This document shows, one piece after another, positions 21,045-31,987 of a DNA stretch of 64,000 nucleotides (the first letter of the stretch is position 1; each line of letters begins with the position of its first letter). Source of the stretch: Nitrospirota bacterium (GTDB lineage Bacteria; Nitrospirota; Nitrospiria; Nitrospirales; Nitrospiraceae); the NCBI GenBank assembly GCA_963703955.1, contig CAVPGK010000011.1:128001-192000 (forward strand), read 5' to 3'. Position numbers and translations under genes: made by a program. The notes beneath the pieces are model-generated. The model saw nothing but the letters and a program-made list of their open reading frames with translations, was not told the DNA's origin and did no database searches.

Positions 21045-21246
21045 GCAAGCTACTCCGCTCAGGAAAGTATCTACTGCATCCGCCCACCCAAAGCGTTCTT
21101 TCACCCGCCCACCCCGCGCCGACCAAGGGCGGCGCTTTGCCGGACGCGCTCCTTCCCTCGCGAGGCCACAGGGAAGACAAAACTTCTAGCGTAGCTAAGG
21201 GCTACGTAGGGGATTTGTGGAGCCGAGAGCGAATTTGGGACCTTTT

Positions 21247-22302
21247 TCAGCAGCCTCCGAGAGACTTCCGCACCCGCCCCCAGTACGCTGTCGCCACATA
21301 CCCGCAACCTCCAGTCAGGGTCGTCAAGGCCATAATGACATAGACTCGGCGCTTCGATATCTTGACGTTAACGGAGGGAGCCAGCAGATCAGGAGAAGCG
21401 GCCACGAGGCGAAGGGTTTCGCCGGCGAACAGAATCGGCCACATACAGGCCAGCCGGAGCCGTAACTCCCGCCTGGGAATCGCCATGGTATAGAGCCAGC
21501 CTTGATCCAGATGATCTCGAGCGACAACGATCAATCTAGTGAGGATCGGTTGAAACGCGTGACGGTTGTTTGGGTTGAGGAGATCGCTCGGCTTCAAGCC
21601 CGCTTCATGCAGCAGCGCGCTCGGAACATAGCAGCGCCCTCTCTGTAAATCCCTGGCCATATCTTTCAACACGTTGGTGAGCTGGAGTCCCTTCCCGAAT
21701 CGCACCCCGATCGTGGCCATCTCTTTCACTTGCCAATTCGCCAATGATGGAAGATGGGCATGGACCATTTCAGTCCAAAACTCTCCCACGCATCCGGCGA
21801 CAAAATAGGTATAGCGGTCGAGATCGGCAAAGGTCTGAAGTGCGGTCAGGTCGTATACCGTATCACCTGGGAAGACCGTCAGATCCATATCCATCCCATT
21901 GGTGAGGGTTTGCATAAGCTGGCCGATGCGCAGCCGATCACCGGCGTCCAAGCTGAGATAGTGACGGAAGCAGTCGTCCAAACTTTCCAACAACCTGCGC
22001 TCGCCCGTGTCGGTCTGGTGCGGCGCAAGCGCTTCCTTGATCGCACGAATGTCGGACCAATTGATGCGCCCGGAGAATTGCGCTTTGAACCGCGTGAGAA
22101 ACCCCAGCCGGCGGTTGCGATCAATGAGGTCGGTGTCAGCAATTGTATCGGCAGCTCTGGCAAAGAGATAGGCCAATCCGACCTGTCGTCTTATCCCGAA
22201 TGGGATCACAGTCAGGGTCAGATAAAACGAGCGGGAGACCTGCTTGAGAATGTCTTCAAGCAAGTAGGAGTGTGTGGAAACGGTGTGGTCGATGGGAGTC
22301 AC
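21247..22302 (-). CDS. phytoene/squalene synthase family protein
   Basis: VSRSF, YLFARAADTIAD, YFVAGCVG, GKGLQLTNVLKD...RGRCY. Confidence 0.9.
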   Translation of the reverse strand: MTPIDHTVSTHSYLLEDILKQVSRSFYLTLTVIPFGIRRQVGLAYLFARAADTIADTDLIDRNRRLGFLTRFKAQFSGRINWSDIRAIKEALAPHQTDTGERRLLESLDDCFRHYLSLDAGDRLRIGQLMQTLTNGMDMDLTVFPGDTVYDLTALQTFADLDRYTYFVAGCVGEFWTEMVHAHLPSLANWQVKEMATIGVRFGKGLQLTNVLKDMARDLQRGRCYVPSALLHEAGLKPSDLLNPNNRHAFQPILTRLIVVARDHLDQGWLYTMAIPRRELRLRLACMWPILFAGETLRLVAASPDLLAPSVNVKISKRRVYVIMALTTLTGGCGYVATAYWGRVRKSLGGC

Positions 22303-22763
22303 TGCCGAACTTCTAAGCGGCCTTCCATGCCCTTTTCCCGATGGCTCGCAAAGAAGAGCAGCTTCTTATCACAATAGAAGGTAAAGACGCCGATTTGCTC
22401 CGGTGTGAAACGAATCGTCAGGCTTTTCCCGGCACTGACATTCTGGTCCACCATGAGTCCCGCGGCCGGCTCCTTTATGACAAAGTTATGCGGCGTGAGG
22501 ACCGTCACGCTGGTGAGAGTTAACTCCACCGGCTTTCCAACCTGGACGATCAGATGGTTGGGCGCATAGGCATAACTGTCCAGCGTTATGGCGGCGCGTT
22601 GCACACCATCCGCGCCGGCTTCCAGGACAACAGGAGGCGCCGTTGTGGGCTGATCGCCGGCGAACACCGTCGTCGCAAGCAGCCCGCAACACGTTAACAT
22701 GCTCGGGCTGGACATGAAGAATCGCATGGGACTCCTTCTATCAGAAGCGACATGGCTCGTCAA
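22299..22763 (-). CDS. cupredoxin-domain protein
   Basis: PHNF...FYCDK...HREKGMEG copper ligands; signal peptide (start uncertain). Confidence 0.85.
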   Translation of the reverse strand: MTSHVASDRRSPMRFFMSSPSMLTCCGLLATTVFAGDQPTTAPPVVLEAGADGVQRAAITLDSYAYAPNHLIVQVGKPVELTLTSVTVLTPHNFVIKEPAAGLMVDQNVSAGKSLTIRFTPEQIGVFTFYCDKKLLFFASHREKGMEGRLEVRQ

Positions 22764-22931
22764 TGATAACCCCGCAATTCTTCGAGGCCGCTAGACTCTT
22801 GACCCTTGACGGAAGATGGCTATCTGCATGTCGTTCGTGCTTTGAACCATCAATGATTTTTCTGCCAGAGGATTGTATAATATCTCCGGCGGATACACGC
22901 CAGGCAACCGTGGCGAAAAAGGAGAACGCAG

Positions 22932-23816
22932 ATGAAATCGCTGAAGGGTATCGGGTTACTGCTGATCGCCAATGTCCTGATCTTCGTAACCCTATCGATT
23001 ACGTTCAATATACTCGTGAATTTTGTTCTGCCCGCGTTGGGAATCGACGTGCGCGGCGCAGTGAATCAGCAAGATTTGGTCTGGGCGATGGTCCTCGGAT
23101 TTGGTGGCGCGTTCATCAGTTTGGCTTTTTCCAAACAGATGGCGAGATCGATGTTGGATTGTTCTCAAATCACGCAGCCCCGCACGCAAGCCGAACATGT
23201 CATTTATGGAGCCGTGCAGGAAATTGCCCGGCGACTCAAAATCAAGATGCCGGAAGTCTGGGTGTATGAATCTCCGGATCCGAATGCCTTTGCAACGGGT
23301 CCGAGTAAGAATAACTCCATGGTGGCGGTCTCCACGGGTCTACTGAACAATCTGAACGAGGAAGAAGTGCGGGCCGTGCTGGCTCACGAGATGGGGCACG
23401 TCTATAACGGCGATATGTTCACCACAACCGTTTTGGCCGGCCTCATGAACACGTTCGTATACTTCATCAGCCGCTGGGTCTACCGTAACCTGCAAGAACG
23501 GAATGAGGCGCTCGCGTTCGCGGTGTACATGATCCTCCAGATCCTGCTGTCGTTCCTGGCGATGATTCCGATCAGTTGGTTTTCGCGCCGTCGGGAGTTC
23601 GCAGCCGACGCGTTCTCCGCGCGTGTCTATGGAAAGAATGCCATGATTTCGGCCTTGCAGGCGATAGATCGCTGGATCAACCGGGCGCAGGTTGAATACA
23701 GCACACAAGACCCGCTAGCGACCATGAAGATTTCCGGTAAGACCAGGGGTGTGTTCCATGTTTTTGCGACGCATCCGCCGATCGACGAGCGCGTTGCGGC
23801 TCTTCAACGCCTCTGA
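22932..23816 (+). CDS. htpX: membrane zinc protease HtpX
   Basis: PNAFATG, LAHEMGH, FSRRREF.AD, THPP. Confidence 0.95.
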   Translation: MKSLKGIGLLLIANVLIFVTLSITFNILVNFVLPALGIDVRGAVNQQDLVWAMVLGFGGAFISLAFSKQMARSMLDCSQITQPRTQAEHVIYGAVQEIARRLKIKMPEVWVYESPDPNAFATGPSKNNSMVAVSTGLLNNLNEEEVRAVLAHEMGHVYNGDMFTTTVLAGLMNTFVYFISRWVYRNLQERNEALAFAVYMILQILLSFLAMIPISWFSRRREFAADAFSARVYGKNAMISALQAIDRWINRAQVEYSTQDPLATMKISGKTRGVFHVFATHPPIDERVAALQRL

Positions 23817-23838
23817 AGTCACATTCACGGAGGGAACC

Positions 23839-24474
23839 ATGAGACTTCTCAAAGGCGCATTCACCACTGTAGTAGCGCTGGGCATCATCGCTGGTTGCTC
23901 CCCGGGTTACTTCTGGAGTCCTCCCGATGCCCAAGCGGACGAAACGCGAACACCTGTTCAGTCGGAGGGAGTCAGGATGGCCTCGCAATCGGGAACTATT
24001 TACCAATTTACCTTGGACGACATCGACGGAAAACCCGTGTCGCTCAGCCAGTTCCGTGGAAAAGCCCTGCTGGTGGTCAACACGGCCAGTTTCTGCGGCA
24101 ACACGCCGCAGTATGCCGACCTTCAGACGATGTATGAACGCTATCGGGATCAGGGCTTTGAGATTCTGGCTTTTCCAGCCAACAACTTCGGTCGGCAGGA
24201 GCCGGGAACCAACGAAGAGATTAAGAGCTTTTGCTACACCAAGTATAGTTTGACCTTCCCGCTCTTCAGCAAGATCAGCGTCAAGGGCGACGACAAGCAC
24301 CCGCTCTATCGGTATCTGACCGAACAGAGCCCCTTCCCGGGCGAGGTTGAATGGAATTTCCAGAAGTATTTGGTGGACCGGACCGGGAATGTGGTCGCCC
24401 GGTACCATCATCGCGCCAAGCCGCTTTCCGAAGATATTGTGCGGGACGTCGAGCGCACGCTAGCGAAGAACTAA
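23839..24474 (+). CDS. glutathione peroxidase family protein with N-terminal lipoprotein signal
   Basis: VNTASFCG.TPQY, FPANNFG.QEPG, WNFQKYLV; lipobox IAGC. Confidence 0.92.
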   Translation: MRLLKGAFTTVVALGIIAGCSPGYFWSPPDAQADETRTPVQSEGVRMASQSGTIYQFTLDDIDGKPVSLSQFRGKALLVVNTASFCGNTPQYADLQTMYERYRDQGFEILAFPANNFGRQEPGTNEEIKSFCYTKYSLTFPLFSKISVKGDDKHPLYRYLTEQSPFPGEVEWNFQKYLVDRTGNVVARYHHRAKPLSEDIVRDVERTLAKN

Positions 24475-24494
24475 CCCACGATGCTATGCCTTCA

Positions 24495-24767
24495 TCAGCT
24501 TTTCTTCACGAAATTGATGTGAGCACGATACTCCTCAATGGCTGCAGCCAGGGCGTTTGAGCCCAGTGGAATGTTCACTTCGAGAGCCTCCTCCACGTCT
24601 TGATCATCGATCACAACCTCGTAGCGGTCTTGGACACGCGTCAAGACCATGCCCTTCCCGGCATCCCGCGGCAGGAAGATTTCATGCCAGATCTCTTTCT
24701 CAATCAGACACACATCTTTGAACCGCTCATATAGCAGGGCAAGTTTCGCCGGATCGGTTTCGTTCAT
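24495..24767 (-). CDS. hypothetical protein
   Basis: 90-aa ORF with RBS, follows the FmdB gene. Confidence 0.7.
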   Translation of the reverse strand: MNETDPAKLALLYERFKDVCLIEKEIWHEIFLPRDAGKGMVLTRVQDRYEVVIDDQDVEEALEVNIPLGSNALAAAIEEYRAHINFVKKS

Positions 24768-24790
24768 CCTTCCTCACCGCACCCAATTAG

Positions 24791-25072
24791 CTAATGTCCG
24801 TGGCCGTCGCTGCATCCACCCTCCCCGCCCGAAAACCCTGTCATCCCGGTGGGCGGCGGCATGCCGGTAATATTCAGCGGCGTAGGATCAGGGGAAGAGG
24901 CACCGACCTCACCGGAACGAGCGGCAAACGATGAGAGGATTTTTCTGAGCGGCGCGCCACACTCCCTGCAGGCCGTCAGGGCCGGTTCCGACAATGACTG
25001 TAGATATTCCTTTCGGCATGAACAAGGCGGCTCTCGGTGACAGCGTGTTGTCACGTACTCGTAGATCGGCAT
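24791..25072 (-). CDS. FmdB-family zinc ribbon protein
   Basis: MPIYEY...C...CRECG..LRKILS. Confidence 0.85.
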   Translation of the reverse strand: MPIYEYVTTRCHREPPCSCRKEYLQSLSEPALTACRECGAPLRKILSSFAARSGEVGASSPDPTPLNITGMPPPTGMTGFSGGEGGCSDGHGH

Positions 25073-25109
25073 GTCTATCGTATCTCGAGAGCCAAGAGCG
25101 GAGTCGACT

Positions 25110-25766
25110 CTACTTCGCCGTCGAAGTCCCTGAGGCCATCGGTTGATCGACGATCCTAAATTGCATCGTCCCGACCTGGTTCACGGCATGGAACGCCTGT
25201 TGTCCCAGCGGTGTGACGAAAATCTTGACCAGATAGTTGCCTTTCGGCCATCCTTCCGGTGGACTCTTCAGTTCCAAAAAGCCCCATCGACTGTGGCCTG
25301 GCAATTCCAGCACGTCCCGCCCCATGGGAGACTCTGAAATTTTTCCCTTTTCATCCTCCAGGAACCATTGGGCGCTGAACTGCCCCGGGTCTTCCTGGGG
25401 CGCAGCCTCAAAGACGATGTAAATGGCCGGCGTGTCCGGGGCGAAAACCGTGGTCCCGGGTTCGATCGCTTTGACTCTAGGATCCTGCGTATACCATCCT
25501 TGACGACCGAAACTGTCCCACTCGACCTCATAGCCTTTCGCCATCTGTATCCATACGAACAAGGCCTGGGGAATTCCCCGTTTCTGGGAGTCCAGAGATG
25601 GCAACTTGGTCTCGTCATACTCCGTCACCCCTTGCTCCTTTTGAGGCAACAGTTCCCGGGCCCCGACAAGCCCGTTCGTGGTCCATCCGCCTACAAGAAA
25701 GAACAACGCCAAACCGGCTTTGACCAACACTCGGCACGGACGCACGCTCTCCCTTTGACGGTTCAT
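25110..25766 (-). CDS. exported hypothetical protein
   Basis: Signal-like N-terminus, GGAGG RBS. Confidence 0.7.
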   Translation of the reverse strand: MNRQRESVRPCRVLVKAGLALFFLVGGWTTNGLVGARELLPQKEQGVTEYDETKLPSLDSQKRGIPQALFVWIQMAKGYEVEWDSFGRQGWYTQDPRVKAIEPGTTVFAPDTPAIYIVFEAAPQEDPGQFSAQWFLEDEKGKISESPMGRDVLELPGHSRWGFLELKSPPEGWPKGNYLVKIFVTPLGQQAFHAVNQVGTMQFRIVDQPMASGTSTAK

Positions 25767-25904
25767 CGTGCACCTCCACTTCTCCAAAACAAGAGGTCTT
25801 AACACTGCGAACCCTCTTTACACGCTACCGCACACCAACCGACCGAAGCAACCCGCTCCTTGCTCCTCAGGATCGTGTGGTGACGAAGGTCTGGGTTGGG
25901 GCGG

Positions 25905-26141
25905 TTATGGTGCCGGCGCGACCGAGCTTGTCCCTTGCTCACGCTCTTCCTGCTTCATCTTATCGAAGAACCGGTCCGAATTTCCCCTGACTTCCTTCTG
26001 GGTGGGTGCTGAGGAGGTCGGACGATCCGCGGCACAGCCCAGGAGGACCATTCCGCCCGCAACGACAGCGAGAGCCAGAAGTAATCGCACGTTTTCTGCC
26101 CCGTTCCAGCACCGCATCGCGACATCCTGCTTGAGTGCCAT
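25905..26141 (-). CDS. small lipoprotein
   Basis: Lipobox LLGC. Confidence 0.55.
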   Translation of the reverse strand: MALKQDVAMRCWNGAENVRLLLALAVVAGGMVLLGCAADRPTSSAPTQKEVRGNSDRFFDKMKQEEREQGTSSVAPAP

Positions 26142-26279
26142 GCTCCGATTCGGCTGCCTCGTGTCAATGATCTTACTCCACCGGCGCGGTAAAAACCACA
26201 GCGGGCGCGCAGCCCTTGACTCACCATCTGTCCAAGGCTATCCTCACGGCGCAATCCTACCCACTCGACCAGGAAGCCG

Positions 26280-26729
26280 ATGATGTCCCTCCATGAGCGG
26301 CTCACCCAGGAACTGAAAGACGCCACGAAGGCAAGGGACCAACTCCGGATGGATGTCATCCGCATGATCAAAGCCGCCTTATTGAACAAGGAGTTGGAGC
26401 TCAAGAAGGAGCTGGATGACGCGGAGATGGGCCGCGTCATGACCATACTCGTCAAACAGCGCAGAGAGGCTGCTGAACAGTACCAGAAAGCCAACCGCAA
26501 CGACCTTGCCGGAAGGGAATTACAAGAGATTGGCATCATCGAAGGGTACCTGCCTAAGGCGCTCTCGCCGGAGGAAGTCACGCGGCTCGTGGAGGTGGTC
26601 ATCCGCGAAAGCGGCGCCACCACGCTCAAGGACATGGGGCAAGTGATGAAAATCGTGCTGAGCAGATTGGCAGGCCAACTTGTGGACGGCAAACAGATCA
26701 GCGACCTTGTTCGATCGAAGCTTGGCTAA
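26280..26729 (+). CDS. GatB/YqeY domain protein
   Basis: KQRREAAEQY...GYLPK.LS...KDMGQVMK. Confidence 0.92.
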   Translation: MMSLHERLTQELKDATKARDQLRMDVIRMIKAALLNKELELKKELDDAEMGRVMTILVKQRREAAEQYQKANRNDLAGRELQEIGIIEGYLPKALSPEEVTRLVEVVIRESGATTLKDMGQVMKIVLSRLAGQLVDGKQISDLVRSKLG

Positions 26730-26854
26730 CACCTCCCGGTGAATTTCTGTCCGACCTCCATGCGCTTTTCCGCCCTCTATTTGACCAACTTGTAGACCGC
26801 TGATATACATTAGTAACCGGATGTTATTCATGGACAATCTGCCATAGGAACAGC

Positions 26855-27829
26855 ATGAGCATTTTGATTATTGATGACTCCAGGGACGATTGTCTCCTGC
26901 TGCAATCCATTCTGGAATCGGCGGGCTATCGGGAAACCATCGTCGCCGAATCGTTTGACGCAGGCTTTCAGCACCTGAGCAAATATGATCCCTCCAACGT
27001 ATCTACGAAAATCGATTTGATTTTGCTGGATGTCCTGATGCCGGGGACCACCGGTATTCAGGCGTGCAGGCGAATCAAAGCCATTGAGCGGCTTCGGGAT
27101 ATCCCCATCATCATGATCAGCGTGCAAACCGATCCCGGCAACCTGCAACTGGCATTCGCGGAAGGCGCCATCGACTACATCAGAAAACCGGTGATTAAAG
27201 CCGAGCTTTTGGCCCGGGTCCGCTCCGTGCTGAAATTGGCTCAGGAGATCGTGCGACGGAAGGCCCGCGAGCAAGAACTCGTGGAGGTGACGCAACAATT
27301 GGAAGCCGCGAACCATCGGCTGCGGCAGATGTCTAGCCTCGATGGGCTGACGGAAATCAGCAATCGTCGCCGGTTCGATGAGTTTTTCCAAACGGAGTGG
27401 AAACGGGCAGCGCGGGAACTCATCCCTTTTTCGTTGATTCTTTTCGACATCGATTTTTTCAAGAAATTCAACGACACCTATGGACACCTAACCGGCGACG
27501 AGTGTTTGAAACGAGTGGCCACTGCAGCGAAAGGGACGCTCAATCGTGCGGGCGATCTGGTGGCTCGTTATGGAGGAGATGAATTTGTGGTAGGGCTCCC
27601 TGGGACGCCTGCCGAGGGCGCCACGCGCGTCGCCGAGACACTCCGCAAGACGGTCGAAGAGTTGGAAATAGGAGTGACCTTGAGCCTGGGCGTCGCGACC
27701 AGTTTCCCGGATCTGAATGCGTCACCCGCCGCGCTCATTGCCGCCGCCGACGAAGCGCTGTTTCGAGCAAAACAAGATGGCCGGAATCGTGTGCGCGTGG
27801 TCGATTCGATGAGCCAGACTCCGCGGTAG
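26855..27829 (+). CDS. response-regulator diguanylate cyclase (REC-GGDEF)
   Basis: REC domain; DGLT, DIDFFKKFND, RAGD I-site, RYGGDEF. Confidence 0.95.
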   Translation: MSILIIDDSRDDCLLLQSILESAGYRETIVAESFDAGFQHLSKYDPSNVSTKIDLILLDVLMPGTTGIQACRRIKAIERLRDIPIIMISVQTDPGNLQLAFAEGAIDYIRKPVIKAELLARVRSVLKLAQEIVRRKAREQELVEVTQQLEAANHRLRQMSSLDGLTEISNRRRFDEFFQTEWKRAARELIPFSLILFDIDFFKKFNDTYGHLTGDECLKRVATAAKGTLNRAGDLVARYGGDEFVVGLPGTPAEGATRVAETLRKTVEELEIGVTLSLGVATSFPDLNASPAALIAAADEALFRAKQDGRNRVRVVDSMSQTPR

Positions 27830-27917
27830 TACAGATCAGCCATCATCGAAGCTCCTTGCCCCAAAAATCGCTCAATTCAACGTCGGCTGCCCAATCTGCC
27901 CCCCTTCCAAACGCCCT

Positions 27918-30245
27918 CTACGAAGCGCGTTGGTGCGCCTCCTTACTCTCTGTAATGTCGATGGCAATCCCGCATACGGCGTAAGCCTTTCCAGAAGCAT
28001 CGACCAGGGGGAACTTCAAGGAGCGAAAGGTATGTTCGCCATCGTCCAGCAAGACTACTTCTTCAATCTCCAACGGCCGCCGACTTTCGATTACTCGCAG
28101 ATCGTTGCCTCGCAAGATATCCGCGATCCCCTTGGGGAATACGTCGTGAACCGACACGCCGGAGATGTCACGACGGGAACGGTGAAATAACGTCTCCCAT
28201 CGACTGTTGACGAGCAGATAACGCCCATGAAGGTCTTTGACCTGAATCACGGCAGGGCAGAGATCGAGAATCGATTGGAGCCACTGTTCGCTGTGGTGCA
28301 ACGCCTCCTCCGCCCGCTTGAGCTCGGTAATGTCCTGGGCGATACCGCCGATGCACCGCTGTCCCCCCGCGCTCTTGATTGGAAACTTGACGAGCCAGGC
28401 AAACCGGAGATCCCCCTGAGCATCAGGAGCCATTTCCACTCCTTCCACCGGACCATTGGTCTCTAACACCTGCCGATCACTTTGGCGACACGTCGCGGCG
28501 GTATCCGGAGGCCAGAGTTCTTCATCTGTCCTTCCCATCCACTCAGTGTGAGTCCTGTTAAAGTGCCGTTCCCACGTTCTATTGACGTAGAGGTAATGAC
28601 CCTCCTCATCTTTGATGAAGGCGAGAGCCGGGCTATTGTCCATGAAGGCACGAAAGCGTGCCTCACTCGCCTGCAAGGCCTCCTCGGCCTCCCGACGCTC
28701 CGTGATGTCCTGCGCAAAAACCAACACCCCTACCACGGTGCCTTGGGCATCACGGTATGGGACCTTGTCTGTCTGGACCCACCGCTTTTCTCCGGATGCC
28801 GTTTGGTACAACTCCATGATGCCGAGCTTTGGCTTCCCTGACGTGATGACCGCCAGATCATCCTGGTAGTACTTCTCGGCTTCTTCCGGATAAAGATCAT
28901 ACGTGGATTGCCCTTCCACTTCGGCGATGGTTCGGTTGATCGATTGCGCCGCCAGCCGGTTGGTTCGGATGATTCTGTTGTGGCAGTCCTTGTACCAGAC
29001 CATGGCCGGCATGAGGTCCAGCAAGACCTGCTGCTCGATCTGCCGCTGGGAAAGCTGCGCCTCGGCTCGCTTCCGTTCGGTAATGTCCTGCACAGTTCCC
29101 AACAGACGGATGGCTCGCTCGCCTGCGCCACGCACTACACGACCTTTACAGCCGAGCCATCGAACCTCTCCATTTGGCCAGATGATGCGGTGTTCGATCT
29201 CGTACTCCATTCCTTTCTTCAAAACATGAGCAATGGCCGTCTCCACCGAGCTACGATCTTCAGGATGGATCAGGTCCAAAAACGCGGCGGAAGTTCCCCG
29301 GAAAGCGTCTTGAGGCACCCCGAACAGACGACAGACGTGTTCCGACCACATGACTCGGTCACTCGCCACTTCCCAGTCCCAAGTACCCATATTCGCCGCC
29401 ATCAGCGCGAGCCGAAGTCGTTCCTCGCTTTCTTGGAGTCGAGCCTGCGCCTCCCTACGTTCCGTGATGTCTCGGATGAACCCGCTGTAGAAGGTTCCTT
29501 CGCTAGACTTCCAGAATCCCAAGCAAAACTCCGCCGGAAACTCCGTTCCATCTTTCCGCAAGCCGTGCAGTTCAACTGTTCGTCCCACGAAGCGACGTTC
29601 GAGGATTCCCGCTACCTGATCGAGACTATCCTGGCCCCCCCGCCGATACCGGCCGGGGAACAGCAGGCTGAACGGCTTGCCGATCACCTCATCGTCGGTA
29701 TAGCCAAAGAGCTGCCGTGCGGCTTGATTCCATGACACAATGTAGCCCCGCTGATCAGCCAGCATGATCGCATCGGTGGCAGCCTCCATGACCGATTGGA
29801 ACCGTTGCTCACTGTCGCTCAACGCGCGTTCGATCTGCTCGGCCTTCAGTGAAAGGGATTTGACCCCAACAGCGCGCGCCAGCGTCGCTTTGAGCTGCTC
29901 CTTGTTATAAGGTTTCGTCAAATAGGCATACGCTCCTTGGCGCAACAACCCAGTGGTCTTCTCCTCAGCGGTAAATGCTGTGAGAATAATAACGGGCAGG
30001 TGGGAATCCAAGTCGGTCAGAGTTCGGAGCACCGAGGCACCGTCAATATCCGGCAAGCCAAGGTCCAAGATGACTGCAGTAAACCGAGTAGCCTTAGCCT
30101 TGGTAATTGCCTCGGTCCCTGTCCCAACATAGTGGACCCGATAGCCCTCGTGTTCGAGTAGATCCGATAGCGCACGACAAATGTCTGCGTCGTCATCCAC
30201 AATCAGAACCGTGGCCTCAGCTACATCGCTAGATTGAACAGTCAT
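27918..30245 (-). CDS. REC plus five PAS/PAC domains, no output domain
   Basis: N-terminal REC; five repeats each ending DITE; stop 9 aa after the last. Confidence 0.88.
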   Translation of the reverse strand: MTVQSSDVAEATVLIVDDDADICRALSDLLEHEGYRVHYVGTGTEAITKAKATRFTAVILDLGLPDIDGASVLRTLTDLDSHLPVIILTAFTAEEKTTGLLRQGAYAYLTKPYNKEQLKATLARAVGVKSLSLKAEQIERALSDSEQRFQSVMEAATDAIMLADQRGYIVSWNQAARQLFGYTDDEVIGKPFSLLFPGRYRRGGQDSLDQVAGILERRFVGRTVELHGLRKDGTEFPAEFCLGFWKSSEGTFYSGFIRDITERREAQARLQESEERLRLALMAANMGTWDWEVASDRVMWSEHVCRLFGVPQDAFRGTSAAFLDLIHPEDRSSVETAIAHVLKKGMEYEIEHRIIWPNGEVRWLGCKGRVVRGAGERAIRLLGTVQDITERKRAEAQLSQRQIEQQVLLDLMPAMVWYKDCHNRIIRTNRLAAQSINRTIAEVEGQSTYDLYPEEAEKYYQDDLAVITSGKPKLGIMELYQTASGEKRWVQTDKVPYRDAQGTVVGVLVFAQDITERREAEEALQASEARFRAFMDNSPALAFIKDEEGHYLYVNRTWERHFNRTHTEWMGRTDEELWPPDTAATCRQSDRQVLETNGPVEGVEMAPDAQGDLRFAWLVKFPIKSAGGQRCIGGIAQDITELKRAEEALHHSEQWLQSILDLCPAVIQVKDLHGRYLLVNSRWETLFHRSRRDISGVSVHDVFPKGIADILRGNDLRVIESRRPLEIEEVVLLDDGEHTFRSLKFPLVDASGKAYAVCGIAIDITESKEAHQRAS

Positions 30246-30781
30246 CTGGCACTTCAAGGCTAGTCGCTCTTGGTACTGACCGGACCCGGGGGAGTGACTG
30301 GAGTGAGCCCAGTACACGCTCGGGAATAATCCGACAGTTCCTCTTGCCACAAATCCTTCACCGAGTCAATGGACTTGGACGCGTCCCAATCTTAAGTGGG
30401 CAAGACTGATACGTCATTGAGCGTGAAAGAGAGCCGGATGAATGTCAGAAGCCGTTGATTATCCTACTTAGGCATTATCGTGAGGATAACTGCCACATTG
30501 GGGTAGAAGGTGATCACCATGCCACCAACACTTACTTGTATATGGATTTTTTCTGGCGGTCATACCGACCTTGATCGCTGCGCGGTTCACTAATGAGATA
30601 CGCGACATTATCCTTTTCGATACGATGCTTTCACACGAGAAACATCCACCATTTCCTTGTTAATCGCGCTTCTTCAACACGTTGGCTTTCATCGATCGCG
30701 AACGTCAACACGGGTGCGTTCTTTGCTCATAGTACAAAGTAATTAGGATTACAGAGCACTCTAGAATTCCAGGAGGCTGCC

Positions 30782-31156
30782 ATGAAGAACTCACTTACAA
30801 CGATTGGTTGCATATGTCTCTTGCTAGTCCCTGTTGCCTGTGCCCATCACACATGTAGCGGCAAGGAAATGGTGGACATGAAGGACAAGGGATTCACTGT
30901 GGACCAGATCGATAACATGTGCACCAGCTACAAGGTGCCCGACGAAACGGTCAATGCGATGAGTCAGATGGCGCAGACGCTTACGCAGACCCTGACAAAG
31001 ACACCAGTTGCTCAGAATTCCAACAGCCGGGCCCAGACTGGAGCAACGACCTGTTCTACACAATACGGGAGCTGTCCACTGATGCAACCGGGGAGCAGCG
31101 GTGCTCCATGTGCATGCTTCACTCCTAACGGAGCGATCCCTGGGGTAATGCGGTGA
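30782..31156 (+). CDS. Cys-rich hypothetical lipoprotein
   Basis: AGGAGG RBS, lipobox VAC, C-terminal CSTQYGSC...CAC. Confidence 0.7.
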   Translation: MKNSLTTIGCICLLLVPVACAHHTCSGKEMVDMKDKGFTVDQIDNMCTSYKVPDETVNAMSQMAQTLTQTLTKTPVAQNSNSRAQTGATTCSTQYGSCPLMQPGSSGAPCACFTPNGAIPGVMR

Positions 31157-31282
31157 GCAGGCCGCATCCACTTGTGATTAACTCCTGTGGCGAATGTTCG
31201 GAATTCGTAGTGCTTCCTCGTGTCTATGGTGGCAATCTCTCATGGTATACCCTTTCCGTAAGAGTATGCCGGAGGTGATCCT

Positions 31283-31687
31283 ATGAATAGCATGAATCCA
31301 GGGAACGGTGTGTTCCGAGGGATAGGGTGGCTTGTTGGAAGTGCCATCATGTTGCTCTTCATCAGCGCGGGACTGACGCTATTGGGGAACCGGGCGCTCG
31401 GCCACACCGATGTGTCCACCGTGCTCCTGCTTTTCCATTTCGCTGCCTGGTCGTATGTCGCGGGTATCCTCGGGTTGGTTTTCCCGTCAGTGTCGTGGCT
31501 GCTCCTTGGCATGACACGGCGTGCCGTGAGACGCATCCCTGCGGAGTGGAGTTATCGACGGCCCGAACATTCGGAATTGGACGCTCATCAATTTCTTGAG
31601 CACGGCGTGGCGAAGGGTATTGCGAATCGATCGGCCAGGGCGGGTCGTGAAGAGAAGGAGGCAACTAGCCTCACTAGAGTCGCCTAG
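31283..31687 (+). CDS. hypothetical membrane protein
   Basis: GGAGG RBS; hydrophobic segments. Confidence 0.6.
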   Translation: MNSMNPGNGVFRGIGWLVGSAIMLLFISAGLTLLGNRALGHTDVSTVLLLFHFAAWSYVAGILGLVFPSVSWLLLGMTRRAVRRIPAEWSYRRPEHSELDAHQFLEHGVAKGIANRSARAGREEKEATSLTRVA

Positions 31688-31987
31688 CAGGTTATACGGC
31701 TCATGCAAGGAGTATTGTGAAATGACTTGGCTCGTAACCTTCTGCACGATCGTGTTTCCCGGACTGCTCGTACTGGTCATGATTCTCGATTGTTTCAACC
31801 CGACGGTCGTTTCTCGATCCCACAATTCCAACAAAACGTCTCAGGCGGAGCAGGAAATCCTATGACATCGTCTTCTTCCCTTGTGGGTGGACTCCATGAC
31901 GTTGTGATCACGCACGCTTGGTAATTTCACCATCGGCATCTTTTGATCAAATTTAGCGTTTTGTACAAAATGAAGAGAGGCAAACGT

